Origin: Squalus acanthias | Taxonomy: Eukaryota | NCBI GenBank assembly: GCA_030390025.1 | Contig: CM059431.1 | Span: forward strand, 156,986,001 to 157,050,000 | Direction of reading: 5' to 3' | Length of the DNA stretch: 64,000 nt | Part shown: piece after piece, positions 9,745 to 22,191 of the stretch | How positions within the stretch are numbered: the first letter of the stretch is position 1 | How the letters are laid out: each line of letters opens with the position of its first letter | The notes under the pieces: model-generated | The model's database searches: none | What the model was told of the DNA's origin: nothing | Seen by the model: the letters and a program-made list of their open reading frames with translations, nothing else | Position numbers and translations under genes: made by a program

Positions 9745-12700
9745 GCACTGGGCTATTTTGTTTGTAGTTGTTCAGAGTACCCTGGGATATTGCGATTGTA
9801 GAAAGTCGGAGTAACGTGGGATATACAGAGGGCCAGAGTACACTGGGCTAGTGGGACTGCAGAGGGTGAAAGTACCCTGGGCAAATGGGCCTACAGTTGG
9901 TCTGGGTAACCTCTCTTTTGGGCCTGTAGAAGGCCAGACTACCTGCCCTAATCAATCTGTAGCGGTTAACAGTAACCTGGGAAATTGCATCTGTAGACGG
10001 TCAGAGTTCCTGGGCTATAGAATCTGCAGAGGGCTAGGGTAAACTGTGCTATGTAGAGTGTCGGAGAACATTGGGCTATTGAGTCTCTAAATGGTCAGAA
10101 TATGTTAGTTCAGAATGTCCTGGGATATTTGCCTTGCAGACGTTCAAAGTACCGGCGGCTTTTGGGACTACACATGTTCAGAGTACTTTGCTCTATTGGG
10201 CCTGGAGAGGGTCAGAATACTTTGGACTATTGGGTCTACAGCGGCTCAGGGCACCCTGGGATATTCGGCCATTAGAGGGTCAGAGTACCCTGGGAAATTC
10301 GGCCTTTAAACGTTCAGACCTCCATGGGAACAATGGGCCTTCAGAGGTTCAGAGTACTCTTGACTATACAGCGTGTCAGAGTACCCAGGGCTAAACAAAA
10401 ATTAAGATAACCCTGAGATATTGGTATCTTAGAGCGTCTGTGACCCTTGGACATATGGGCATTTGGAGGAGATGAGTTCCCACAGCTTTTGAACATGTAA
10501 AAAGAACATTTGAACATAAGCAATAGGAGTAGGAGTAGGCCAGCTGGCCCCTCGAGCCTGCTCCGCCATTCAATAAGATCATGGCTGATCTGATCTTGGC
10601 CTCAACTGCACTTCGCTGCCCGTTCCCAATAACCCTTGACTCCCTTATCGTTCAAAATCTGTATATCGCCAGCTTAAAAATATACAATGACCCAGCCTCA
10701 GAGACAGAGTATTGAACATTTGGGCTTGCAAAGGGTCAGATTTCCTTGACATGTATGGCCTGTAGAATGTCAGAGTTCGCTGAGCTATGCAAAAGTTAAG
10801 AGCACCCTAGGCTATTGGCCAGCAGAGTGTCAATGCAACCTGGGCTAGGCAGAGTGTTAGAGTGCCCCTGTGTTATTGAATCTGTGGAGGTTTTGTGTAC
10901 AATGATTTATCGGTCATTTAGTGGGTCAGAGTTCTTGGCTATTGAGTCTGTAGAGAGCCAGGGTAAGTTGGTAATGTAGACTGTCGGACTACCCTAGACG
11001 ATGGAGTCTGTTAATGGTCCGATTAACTGGGCCATTGAGTCTTTAGATGGTCAGAGTATCCTGCGCATTTCCATTTGTAGCCGGTCAAAGTACACAGGGA
11101 TTTTGGGCCTACAAAGCTTCAGAATGCTGTGCGCTATTGGGTCTGTCGAGCGACAGATATTGTGGACTCTTGAGTCTAAGGACGCTCAAAGTACCCTGGA
11201 ATAATAGGCCTGCAGAGTGTCAGTGTACATTGTGATAGTGAGCAATTAGTATGTCAGGGTACCCTCGGCTATGCAGAGGATTAGAGTAACCTGGACTACA
11301 CTGAAGATAAGATTACGATGGGATATCGAGCGTTTAGTTCAGAGTATCTGGAAAACTAGGCTTTAAGCCTGTGGATTATCAAGTACCTGAGATGAATTCA
11401 GAGATTCAAACAGTGTAATCTCTAAAAGACCACAGTACACTGACCTATAAAGCGGGTCAGAAAAAATTGGCTATTTAACGTGCAGATGACTAGAATACCT
11501 GCGCCACTGAGTCTGGAGAGGCTCAGAATAACAGCGATGTTGAAATCTATAGAGGGTCAGACTTCTGGGCTTTTGATTCTGTAGAGGGTCAAAGTACCCT
11601 GGACTATTGACGTTTTAAACTCTCAGAGTAGCCTGGCTATTGGGACTGAAAAGCTTTAGAGCACGCTGGGCTGCTGGGTCTATGTACGCTGGCCTGGAGA
11701 GAGGTTCATAGTACCTGGGCAATATGCCATGTAAAGGGTCATATCAGCTTTGCTATTGAGCCTGTAGAGTTCGGTGTACTCTGAGCTATTGGTCCTGCAG
11801 CCATTCAGCGTACGCTGGGCTATTGAGTCTGTAGAGTTTCAGAATAGCCTGGACTGTACTGTGGATAAGATTTCCGTCAGCTACTGAGCCTGCAGAAAGT
11901 CAGCGTAACTGAGCTGTTGGCCTTGCAAAGAGTCAGATTACACTCGGCTATGCAAAGGGTCAAAGTATCCTGTACTATTGAATCGACGCTAGTTCAGAGC
12001 ATTATGCAGTATTAAGCATTTAGAGGATCAGAGTAACCTGGGATATTGGGCATTTAGAAGGTCAAAGTGCCCTGCTGCATTTGGTCTGCAAAGGATTAGT
12101 GTGCCATGGGCTATTGGCATTTTGATGGTAAGATTTTCCTGGGCTATTTTATATATAACGAGTCCGCGTCCGCTGGCAATAATACAGCCAGAGTACCTGG
12201 GAAATTGGGTATTTAGAGGATGAAAGTACGCTTGGTTATTGGACCTTTAGAGGGTCAACATTTCCTGGGCTATTGTGTTATTTGAGGTCCAAACAACCCT
12301 GGGCTATTTGGCCTTCAGAGGATCAAAGTAACCCGGGCTGTTGGGCCTATAGAGGGGCAGATTACCCTGGGATATTTGGTCTGTGGAGGGTCAGTGTGCC
12401 CTGGGCTATTGGCCTTTAGATGGTCAGAGTTTCCTGGGATATTTTAACTATAACGAGTCAGCGTCCCGTGGCAATAATAGCGTCAGAGTACCTGGGCTAT
12501 TGAGAATTAAGAGGATCCAAGTACGCTTGGTTATTGGGCATTTTGAAGGTCAAAGGTCCCTGTTCTATTGTGTCATTAGAGGCCCAAACAACCCTGGGCT
12601 ATTGTGGCTTTAGAGGATCAAAGTACCCTGGGCTGTTGGTCCTATAGAGGGGCAGAGTTCCCTGGGAAAATCAGAGGATCAGGGAACCCTGGACTACTGG

Positions 12701-15700
12701 GCTTTTAGTGTCAAAGTACCCTGGGCTATTGGGCCTTTAGAGGATCAGAGCACCCGGGGCTGTTGGGCCTATAGAGGGGCAGAGTTCCCTGGGGAAATCA
12801 GAGGATCAGAGAACCCTGGGCTACTGGGCTTTTAGTGTCAAATATTCTGGGCTATTGAGATAGTAGAAGGTCAGAGAACACTGAGCTATTGAGTCATTGT
12901 TGTTTCAGATTAACCTGGGATATTTGGTCTTCAGAGGCTCAGCATACCCTTAACTTTTGAGACTGTAGAGGTTCACAGTACCCTGACATATACGTTTTCT
13001 CAGAGTACTTGTCTATTGTGCTTGCAGAGGGCGAGAGCACCATGGGCTATGCAGAGGGTTAGATTAAGCTGAGCTATTGGTCGTGTAGAGTGTAAGGATA
13101 CCCTGAGATTTGCAGAGGGTCACAGTAACTTGCGCAATGAAGAGGGTTACAGTTCATCTGGCTTATTGGCCTAAAGTGGTTCATAGTACCCTGAGCGATT
13201 AAATCCTTAGATTGCCAGAATACCGGGCGACTGAGCCTCTGTGGTTCAGAGTAACCAGGGATATTTGGCCTGTAAAGCTCCATAGTACCCTCGGCTATTG
13301 ATTCTGTAGAGGGCTAGAGTACACTGGGATATTGGGACTATAACGTGTCAGAATATCCTTGGCTATTGAATCCGTAGAGGGTCAGAGTATACTGGGATAT
13401 TGGGCCTTTTGAGGGTAAGAATACCCTACGATATTGGGGTTTTAGAAGGGCAGGATACGCTGAAAAAATGGTCATTAAGCTTGTCAGAGAACCTGGGATA
13501 TTGGCCATTAAACTGGTTAGAGAGCCTGGGTTATTGATCATTAAGTGGGTCAGAGAGCCTCGGTTGTTGGGCATTAAGCGGGTCAGAAAGGCTGGGATAT
13601 TGGGCAGTAAGCGGGTCAGAGAACCTGGGATATCGGGCCTAAGTGGTTCTGAGTTCCCTGAGCGTAGAGGCCCAAATCACCGGGATATTGAGCCTGCGTG
13701 GGTCAGAGTAACGCGGGATGTAGGGCCCGTAGAGTTTCATACTACCCATGGCTATTGAATCTTTAGAGTGGCAGTAGGCCTTGGGTCTTGAATATGTAGA
13801 GGGTCAGAGTACTCTGGGATATTTGGCCTCTGGTGGGTAGGAATACGTTGGGACATTGGGGTTTTAGGAGGTCAGAGTACGTTGAGAAATTGAGCAGTAA
13901 GCTGTCAGAGAGGCTGTGATATTGGACATTAAGCGGGCCAGAGAGCCTGGGATATTGAGCATTAAGTGCATCAGAGAACCTTGGATATTTTGCCTTTAGA
14001 GGATCTGAGATCCCTCAACTTTCAGCCTCTGGAAAGTCAGTGTACCTGAGCTGTTGCGCCGGAAAATGATCAGCGTACACTGATGTATAAAGAGCGACAG
14101 ACTAACATGTCTGTAGGGCGTGTACATGATTAGAATAACTGCGCTACTGATTCTGTACAAGGTCAGAATACCTGGGTTGTTGAATCGACAGAGGATCAGA
14201 GTACCATGAAGTATTGAATCTGTTGATGGCCAGAGTTCCCTGGACTATGTAGATTGTTGGTGTACACTGGGCTTATGAGTCTGTATAGGGTCAGTATTCT
14301 TGGGCTATTTGGACTGCAGAGGGTCAGCGTATCATGAGCAATTAGTCTTCCAGAGGGTCAGAATTATATGGTCTATTGGGTCTGCAGAGGACCTGAGTAA
14401 TTTGCGCTATACAGAAGTTCCCTCAGGTACTGATCATATAGAAAGTTGGAGTACCACAGCAATTCGGCCTGTAAAGGATCAGAGTACCTGACCTATATAG
14501 CAGGACAGAGTATGATGATCTATTAGGCCTTTACAATGTCAAATTACACTGGGATGTGGGCCTATGGAGTGTCAGAGTACACTGGGCTATTGGGAGGGTA
14601 AGAGTAAACTGAGCTTTTGGCCCAGTTGAGGGTCAGATTACTCTGGAATTTTCAGAGGGCCTGAGTACGTTGGGCTGTGAAGAGAGTTTCATATCGTGGG
14701 GTATTTGGCTGAGAGAGGGTTAGATTATCCTGGGGAACCGGCCTTTAGAGGATCACAGTACCATGGGCTATTGGAACGATAGAGGGTCAGTGATCCCTGG
14801 CAATAAGAGAGTCAGAGTACCGTGGGGAATTTGGCCAAAAGAGGGTCAGAGTATTCCGGGCTTTGGGTACTTTGGAGGATCACTGGACCATGGGCTATTG
14901 GTACTACAGAGGTTCAGTGAGCTCTGGCAATAGGAGAATCAGAGTACCTGTGCTATTGGCCCTGTAGAGGGTCAGACTATCCTAGGCTATTGGACATGTA
15001 AGGGGTCAGTATAATTTGGAATATTAGGTCTGTCGAGGGCCAGAGCATCATGGTCTATAGGGCCAGTTGAGCATCAGAGTAAACTGATCTATTTGGCTCG
15101 TGAAGATTCAGGGTACCCGCTGCTTTTTGAGGAAGCAGAGGCTATAAAGGGTCAGAGTACCGTGGAGATTTGGTTCGGCCGAGGTTCAGCGTAAACTGGC
15201 CTACATAGAGTGTCAGAGTATCTTGGCTAGACAGAGTTTCAGCAAACCCTTGGCTACACAGAGTGTCAGAGTACCCTGGACTACACTGAGAGTTAGAGTA
15301 CCCTGGACTACACAGAGTGTTAGAGTACCCTGGGCTATACAAAGTTTCAGATTACCCTGGACTTCACAGAGTGTCAGAGTACCCTGGGCTATGTATCCTG
15401 CAGACGGTAAGAGTATTTAGATCATTGGGCATGCAGAACGTCAGATTATCCAGTGTAATGCGGAGAGTCAGAGTAACATAGGCTATGCAGATGGTCAGAG
15501 TAACCTGCGATATTGGGAGGACTAGATTACCCTGGGCTGTATAGAACGTCCGAGTATCCTGGGATATTAGGCCTCTCGGAAGACAGATTACCCTGGTCTA
15601 CTGGGCCTGCAGAGAGTGGGTGCCCGCTAGGCAATTCAGACACTCAGAGTATCCTGGGCTATAAAGAGGTTCACATTATCCTTGGCTATTTAGTCCTCTG

Positions 15701-16402
15701 GAGTATAAGAGTACACTGGGCTATTGGGCCTTTAGAGGTACAGATTACCTTGGGCTATTTGTCCTGCAGAGGCAAAGTACTCTCAGTTTTGAGCCTGCAG
15801 AGCTTCAGAGTAGCTCAGCTATTGGGCGTGTAGATTGTCAGAGTACCTTTGCAATAAAGAGGTTCGGAGTACTGCGGTCCTTTTGAGTATGCGTGTCAGA
15901 AAACCATGGACTGTTCGGAGGGATAAAGTACCCTGGTTTAGTGGGTCTGTAGAGGTTCAGGGTACCCGGGGCAATTAAGCAAGTAGAGGGTAAGCTTAGT
16001 TTGGTCAATTTTGCCTATAAAGGATCAATGTACGCTAGTTAATTGGGCCTGAAGTTGATCAGAGTACCCTGACCTACACAAAATTGACTGGGTCATTGGC
16101 CTGCAGTGGGTCAAAGAACACTCAGATATTGAGCCTGCAGAGCGACAGAGTAGCTGGGCTATAGGGCGTGTAAATTGTCATGGTACCCTATACTATAAAG
16201 TGTTTCGGAGTACCCCGGGATATTGGGTTATGCAGAGTGTCAGAATAACATGGGCTGTTCAGAGTGTTATAATAGCCTGGGCTAGTGGGTCTGTATTGGG
16301 TCAGATTACACTGATATATTGGGTATGTCAGTGGAGTGTCCGAGGAACTAGGGCGATTGAGCAGGTAAAGGGTCAGAGTAGCGTGGGCAAATGTGCCTAT
16401 CA
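9745..16402 (+). repeat. Degenerate satellite, about 34-bp unit GGGTCAGAGTACCCTGGGCTATTGGGCCTNTAGA, with 27- and 33-bp variants
   Basis: TCAGAGTACCCTGGG core recurs throughout; 33-bp sub-array about 13470-13650, 27-bp sub-array about 15255-15390. Confidence 0.9.
10492..10700 (-). mobile_element. CR1 3' terminus inserted in the satellite
   Basis: gaacataag..aataggagtaggagtaggcc...cctgctccgccattcaataagatcatggctgatc, the same 3' end as at 28251 and 36281. Confidence 0.8.
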
Positions 16403-18898
16403 GTTAAGAATAGTACTAAATCAAAGGAAGAGGCTTATAAAGGGGCCAAAAAGAGTAGTAAGCCTGAATATTGGGAGGATTTTAAAATTCAGCAAAGGAG
16501 GAGCGATAAATTGATAAAGAAAGGGAAAATAGAAAATGAGAGTAAACTAGCGAGAGATATAGCAACAGACTGTAAAAGCTTCTATAGGTATGCAAAGAGG
16601 AAAAGATTAGCGAAAGTAAATGCGGGTCCGTTACAGGCTGAGACAGGATAAATTATGATGGGGAATAAGGATTTGTTGGAGTAATTAAACAATACTTTGT
16701 GTCTATCTTCACGGAAGAAAACGCCAAAATATTCCCGGAAATAGTGGATAAGCAAGGGTCTAGCGAGAATGAGGAAGTGAAATATATTAGTATTAGTAAA
16801 CACGTAGTACTGGAGAAATTAATAGGACTGAAAGCCGATAAATCCCCTGAACCTGATGGCCTACATAATAGGGTTTTGAAAGATTTGGCCATAGAGATCG
16901 TAGATGCATTGGTTGTCATTTTCCAAAATTTCTTATATTCAAGAACGGTTTCCGCAGAATGGAAGGTAGCAAATGTATCCCCAAATTTAAGAAAGGAGGG
17001 GGAGAGAAAACGGGGAACGAAAGACCAGTTAGCCTGATGTCAGAGGAGGGAAAATGCTCGAATCTATTATTATGGACGTGGTAACAGGGCACTTAGAAAA
17101 TAATGGCCCAGGTATTCCTATCGCAGGCCTCCCTCGGGAAAAATCTGCGCCCTTACCGAAGGACTCCACACTTCGGGACGCGCACATTTCCGATGCTGGG
17201 TCTCTCCAGACTCCAAGTGCGCAGGACCCACGTATCCCAGAGGCGCATGTAGTTCGAAGCGTCCCTGGGATCACGTGGCCCATGGGGAGCCAATCACAGA
17301 AATGAATCTCCCTTCATACACTTGACAGGAAGACCTGTCAAATACATGAATGGAGATCACCACAAAACATAATAAAACTTTAAATAATTCTTTTTTAAAT
17401 CACATTTTTAAAATTATTTGAAATTACTAAAAAATAACTATTTTAAACAAAAATTTAAATATAAAATGAACTTACCATTTTTTAAAGTATTTTTAAATGA
17501 TAAATCATTGAAATTAAAAAAAAAACTTTTTTTCAACTCTTATCCTGCTAAAGCAGGCATAAGAATTGTAAGGGCTTTCTGCTGGCGGAGGGTCTCCAAA
17601 ATGCGGAACTATCCGCCCGCAGAGGCCCTTCTTTAGGGCAGCCGGGTGATCTGTCAAGAGCTTTCATGACAGATCGGGAAATCCTTTTTCCAGCGCATGC
17701 GCGGTGCATGCCTGAATCCGGCATTTCCGATGTCCATACGGGTGACTACACAGCTCCTACCCACCCGTAGGGCTCGGAAAAATAGGCCCATTTATAGGAT
17801 TGGCCAGAGTCAACACGGATTTATGAAAGGGACATCGGTTGGATATTTTTGAGGTTGTAACTAGCAGAATAGATAAGGGGGAACCAGTGGTTGTGATGTA
17901 TTTGGATTTTCAGTAGGCATTCGATAATGTGCCACACAAGAGGTTATTAATTAAAATTAAGGCTCATGGGATTGGGGGCTACATTCAAGCATGGATTGAG
18001 GATTGGTTAACTGGCAGAAAACAGAGAGTAGGAATAAACGGGTCATTTACGGGTTGGCAGGCTGTAAATAGTGCGGTACCGCTAGGATCAGTGCTTCGTC
18101 CTCAGCTATTCACAATCTACATCAAATATTTGGATGAGCGGACCAAATGTAATATATCCTTGTTTGATGATGATGCAAAGCTGGGTGGGAATGTAAGTTG
18201 TGAGGAGGATGCTAGGAGGTTTCAAGGTGATATGCACAGGCTAAGTGAGTGGGCAAGAACATGGCAAATGGAATAGAATGTGGAGAAATGTGAAGTTATC
18301 CAATTTGGTAGGAAAAATAGAAAAGCAGAGTATTTTTTTAACAGTGAGAGTTTGGGAAATGTTGGTGTTCAGAGGAATCTGGGTCCCCTTGTACACGAAT
18401 CACTCATTGTTAACATGCAGGTACAACAAGCAATTAGGAAAGCAAATGATATGTTGGCCGTTATTAGACGAAGATTTTTAGAATAGTAAAGACGTCTTAC
18501 TGATATTAGATAGGGACCTGTTTGTACAGTTTTGTTCTCCTTTCCTAAGGAAGGATATCCTTGCATAGAGGGAGTGCAACGAAGGTTAACCAGGATGGTT
18601 CCTGGAAGGGGTGATTGTCCTAAGCGGACAGATTGAGTAGACTATGCCTATATTCTCTAGAATTTAGAAGAATTGAGCTGATCTCATTGAAACATGCACA
18701 ATTCTTACAGGGCTTTACCGGGTAGATGCAAAGATGATATTTGCCCTGGCTGGGCATTCTAGAAGCAGTGGTCACAATCTCAGAATAAGGGGATGGCCAT
18801 TTAAGATTGAGATGAGGAGAAATGTCTTCACTCAGAGGGTGGAGGATCTTTAGAAGGGCCAAATGGCCTAATCCTGCTCATATTTTTTATGTTCTTAT
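16403..18898 (+). mobile_element. 5'-truncated CR1 LINE (ORF2 RT region, frameshifted)
   Basis: Peptides KSPEPDGLH.RVLK, PHKRLL.K.KAHGIGG, GSVL.PQLFTIYI..LD, FDDDAKLGG, KCEVIQFG; 3' tail ending atgttcttat. Confidence 0.9.
17105..17789. mobile_element. Non-autonomous DNA transposon (Harbinger-type MITE) inside CR1
   Basis: Interrupts CR1 at gaaaataat|...|atttataggattgg; imperfect TIRs GGCCCAGGTATTCC / GGAAAAATAGGCCC; 3-bp near-TSD aat/att; AT-rich core with GC-rich arms. Confidence 0.65.
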
Positions 18899-19660
18899 AA
18901 AGGGTCACTGTACACTGGTATATTTTGCCTGCAGAGGTTCAGAGTCCAGTGGGCAATACAGAGTTCCAGATCAGACAGTGCTATTTGGCCTGTGGAGGGT
19001 CAGATAAAATGGGCATGTGCATGCAGAGGGTCAGATTACCCTGGGTTTTGCTGAGGTTCAGAATAACCTGGGATATACAGCGGGTCAGAGTACATTGGTT
19101 TATTGGGCCTGTGGTGGACCTGATCACCCTGATCCATTAAGTGTGTCAGGTAAACCTGGGCTATTGGGACTTTAGATGGACTGCGTACGCTGGTCTTATA
19201 GCCTGCAAAGGGTAAGTGTACCCTGGGCTATACAGAGTTTCAGAGTATCCTGGGCTATAAGGCCTTTAGAGGGTCAGCATACCCTCAGGTATTGAGCCTG
19301 CGAAATATCCGAGTAACTGTGCTATTGTGGCGTGCAAATTTTCGGAGTACCCAGATCTGAAAAGATAGTCAGAGTACCCTGGGCTTTTGGGTATGCAGAA
19401 TGCCAGAGTATTCAAGGCTATTGGACTCTGCAGAGGATCATATTATCCTGGGCTATGGGGTAATGCAGTGTGTCATATTAGCTTGGTCTATGGTCCACTA
19501 GAGGGTCAGAGTATCCTGGACTATTGGGCCTATAGATCGTCGGTGTTACCTGGTCTTTTGGGATAATCAGACAATCTGATTACCATGGAATATTAAGCTG
19601 TCGAAATCTGAGTACCCAGGTGTATTGGACATTGAGATGGTCAGAGCCCCCTTGGTTATG
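18899..19660 (+). repeat. Continuation of the about 34-bp satellite
   Basis: Same GGGTCAGAGTACCCTGGGCTAT units resume after the CR1 tail. Confidence 0.85.
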
Positions 19661-19773
19661 TAGCGCTTGCTGCGAGCCTGGTGATTGCTGCAGCATAGTT
19701 TCTGAGAGCGTCCCTTGTGTACAGGGTTTATCAATGGGCCAGGCCTCTCACTACCAATCACTATCTTTCACCA

Positions 19774-21313
19774 ACGTTTCAGCCTGCTCTTGCCTCACGG
19801 AACTTATCTCATCCTATCTCGACTCTATTTTTTCTCCCCTTGTCCAGTCTCTTCCCACCTACATCCGCGATTCCTCTAACACCCTCCGCCACTTTAACAT
19901 TTTATAGTTTCCTGGCCCCAACCGCCTTCTTTTCTCCATGGACGTACAATCCCTCTACACCTCCATCCCCCAGCAGGATGGCCTGAGGGCGCTCCGCTTC
20001 TTCCTTGAACAGAGGCCCAAACAGTCCCCATCCACCGCCACCCTCCTCCGCCTGGCTGAGCTTGTTGTCACGTTGAACAACTTCTCCTTTGACTCCACTC
20101 ATTTCCTCCAAATCAAAGGTGTTGCTATTGGTACCCGCATTGGTCCCAGCTATGCCTGCCTTTTCGTGGGATATGTGGAACACTCTTTGTTCCTGTCCTA
20201 CTCGGGTCCCCTCCCTCATCTCTTTTTCCGCTACATTGACGACTGTATCGGTGCCGTTTCCTGCTCTCGCCCTGAACTAAACAATTGTATTCACTTTGCC
20301 TCCAATTTCCACCCTTCCCTCACCTTCACATGGTCCATCTCCGACTCTTCCCTTCCCTTCCTCGACTTCTCCGTCACCATCTCTGGGGATAGGTTATTGA
20401 CCAACATCCACTTCAAGCCCACTGACTCCCACAGCTACCTACACTACACTTCATCCCACCCCGCCTCCTGTAAGGACTCTATTCCCTTCTCGCAGTTTCT
20501 CCGTCTCCGCCGCATAACTCCGACGATGCCACCTTCCATACCAGTGCTTCCAACATGTCTTCCTTTTTCCTCAACCGAGGATTCCCCTCTACCGTGGTCG
20601 ACACGGCCCTCGACCGTGTCCGTTCTATCTCTCGCACTTCTGACCTCACCGTGGCCCCTCCCTCCCGGAACCACGATAGAGTTCACCTTGTCCTCACTTT
20701 TCACAACACCAGCCTGCACATTCAACGGATCATCCTCCGCCATTTCCGCCACCTCCAACGTGACCCCACCACCAAATGTATCTTCCCATCACCTCCACTT
20801 TCAGCATTTGATAGGGACCGCTTCCTCCGAGACACCCTAGTCCTCTCCTCTATCATCCCCAGTACCCCTTCCCCTTCGCCTGGCACCTTCCCGTGCAAGC
20901 GCAGGAGCTGCAACATCTGCCCTTATACATCCCCCCTTCCCACTCTCCAGGGCCCCAAACACCCCTTCCAGGTGAAACAGCGATTTACCTGTACTCCTTG
21001 CAATCTACTATACTGTATTCGCTGCTCACGATGCGGTCTCCTCTACATTGGGGAGACCAAACGCAGATTGGGTGACCGCTTTGAGGAACACCTCCATTCC
21101 ATCCGTAAGGTTGATCCCGAGCTTCCGGTCGCTTGTCATTTTAATTCAACTCTCCACGCCCACTCAGACCTCACCGTCCTCGGCCTCGTGCATTGTTTCC
21201 CGGAAGCTCAGCCTAAGCTCGAGGAACAGCACCTCATCTTCCGATTTGGCACTTTACACCCTCCGGACTCAATATCGAGGTCAACAATTTCAGATCATAA
21301 CCTCGGCCCCCAC

Positions 21314-21344
<31 letters not shown>

Positions 21345-21705
21345 TTTATCCACCCTTTTGGTTTGTGCCTTTTTCCCTTTTTTTTCTCTCTCTCCCCCCA
21401 CAGCAGCTGTCTCTCATTCTGCCAGCATTTAACACTTCACACTTCTAGCCACCTTTTGTTTCTTAACCTGTCCTATTTCCATCTCGTCTTGCCTTGAGGA
21501 TCTCTTACTGTCTCTACTTACCATAGACTACCCCTTTTGTTCTTTTTTTTCCTCCCCCAGCCTCCCCCTTGATTTTTTATCTGTTTCATCTCCTGCTTTT
21601 TTCTCAGTTCTGACGAAGGGTTTCGACCTGAAACGTTAACTCTGTTTCTCTCGCCATGGATGTTGCCTGGCCTGTTGAGTTTTTCCAGCATTTTCTGCTG
21701 TTGTT
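19774..21705 (+). mobile_element. Penelope-like element (RT + GIY-YIG), 5'-truncated, frameshifted
   Basis: RT motifs MDVQSLYTSIP, QIKGVAIGT, RYIDD; GIY-YIG LLYCIRCSRCGLLYIGETKRRLGDRF..H; 3' pseudo-LTR with hammerhead motif. Confidence 0.93.
21605..21642 (+). ncRNA. Minimal type I hammerhead ribozyme in PLE pseudo-LTR
   Basis: CAGUU-CUGACGA-A-GGGU(UUCG)ACCU-GAAACGUU-AACUC: catalytic core boxes, stem II with UUCG loop, palindromic stem III, AGUU/AACU stem I. Confidence 0.75.
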
Positions 21706-21989
21706 ACTATCTTCTGGCTCTTGCTTACAAATTTAGATGAATGACTTTCATTCTGGAATCAATCGTCTGAAATGTGTTCTCACTCGCGAAAACAGCTTGA
21801 TATACACGCTATGCAGGCTCACAATAAAAACACTTTGCAGAGGGATTGTACGAGTTTCTGCATGAGTTGGATCAGGGCCATTTCGTGATAGACTGACAGC
21901 TTGTCTGGCACGGAAAAAATACATAAAGACGCATATATGTACATTTAGGGCCGCTGTTGGCGAATGTCCATCTTTCCAGATATTGGGCA

Positions 21990-22191
21990 CAATATCGTGC
22001 CTGACAATCCAGTGCGGAATTGTAGGTGTACTGTCCAGGATACGGGGAGCTTCCCTGATCTCCCTTCAAATAGTGCCATGGGATCTTTTGCAACTATATG
22101 AGCGGGAAGGCGGGGCTTCGGTTTTACGGCTCATCTGAAAGACGGTACCTCGGACAGTACTGCAGTGCCTCAGAACTGCATTGTAGTGTCA
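21990..22191 (-). mobile_element. tRNA-derived SINE fragment (Deu-domain/SacSINE1-like)
   Basis: Reverse complement matches the SINE body at 56440-56600 (gccgtctttcggatgag...taaaagatccc). Confidence 0.6.

Noticed and set aside
13468..15420. ORFs with periodic peptides (LVREPG.., SVRVPW..)
   Set aside because: By-products of 33- and 27-bp satellite units being multiples of 3.
9745..19660. Regularly spaced about 34-bp repeats resembling a CRISPR array
   Set aside because: Head-to-tail degenerate monomers with no unique spacers, no cas genes, vertebrate context.
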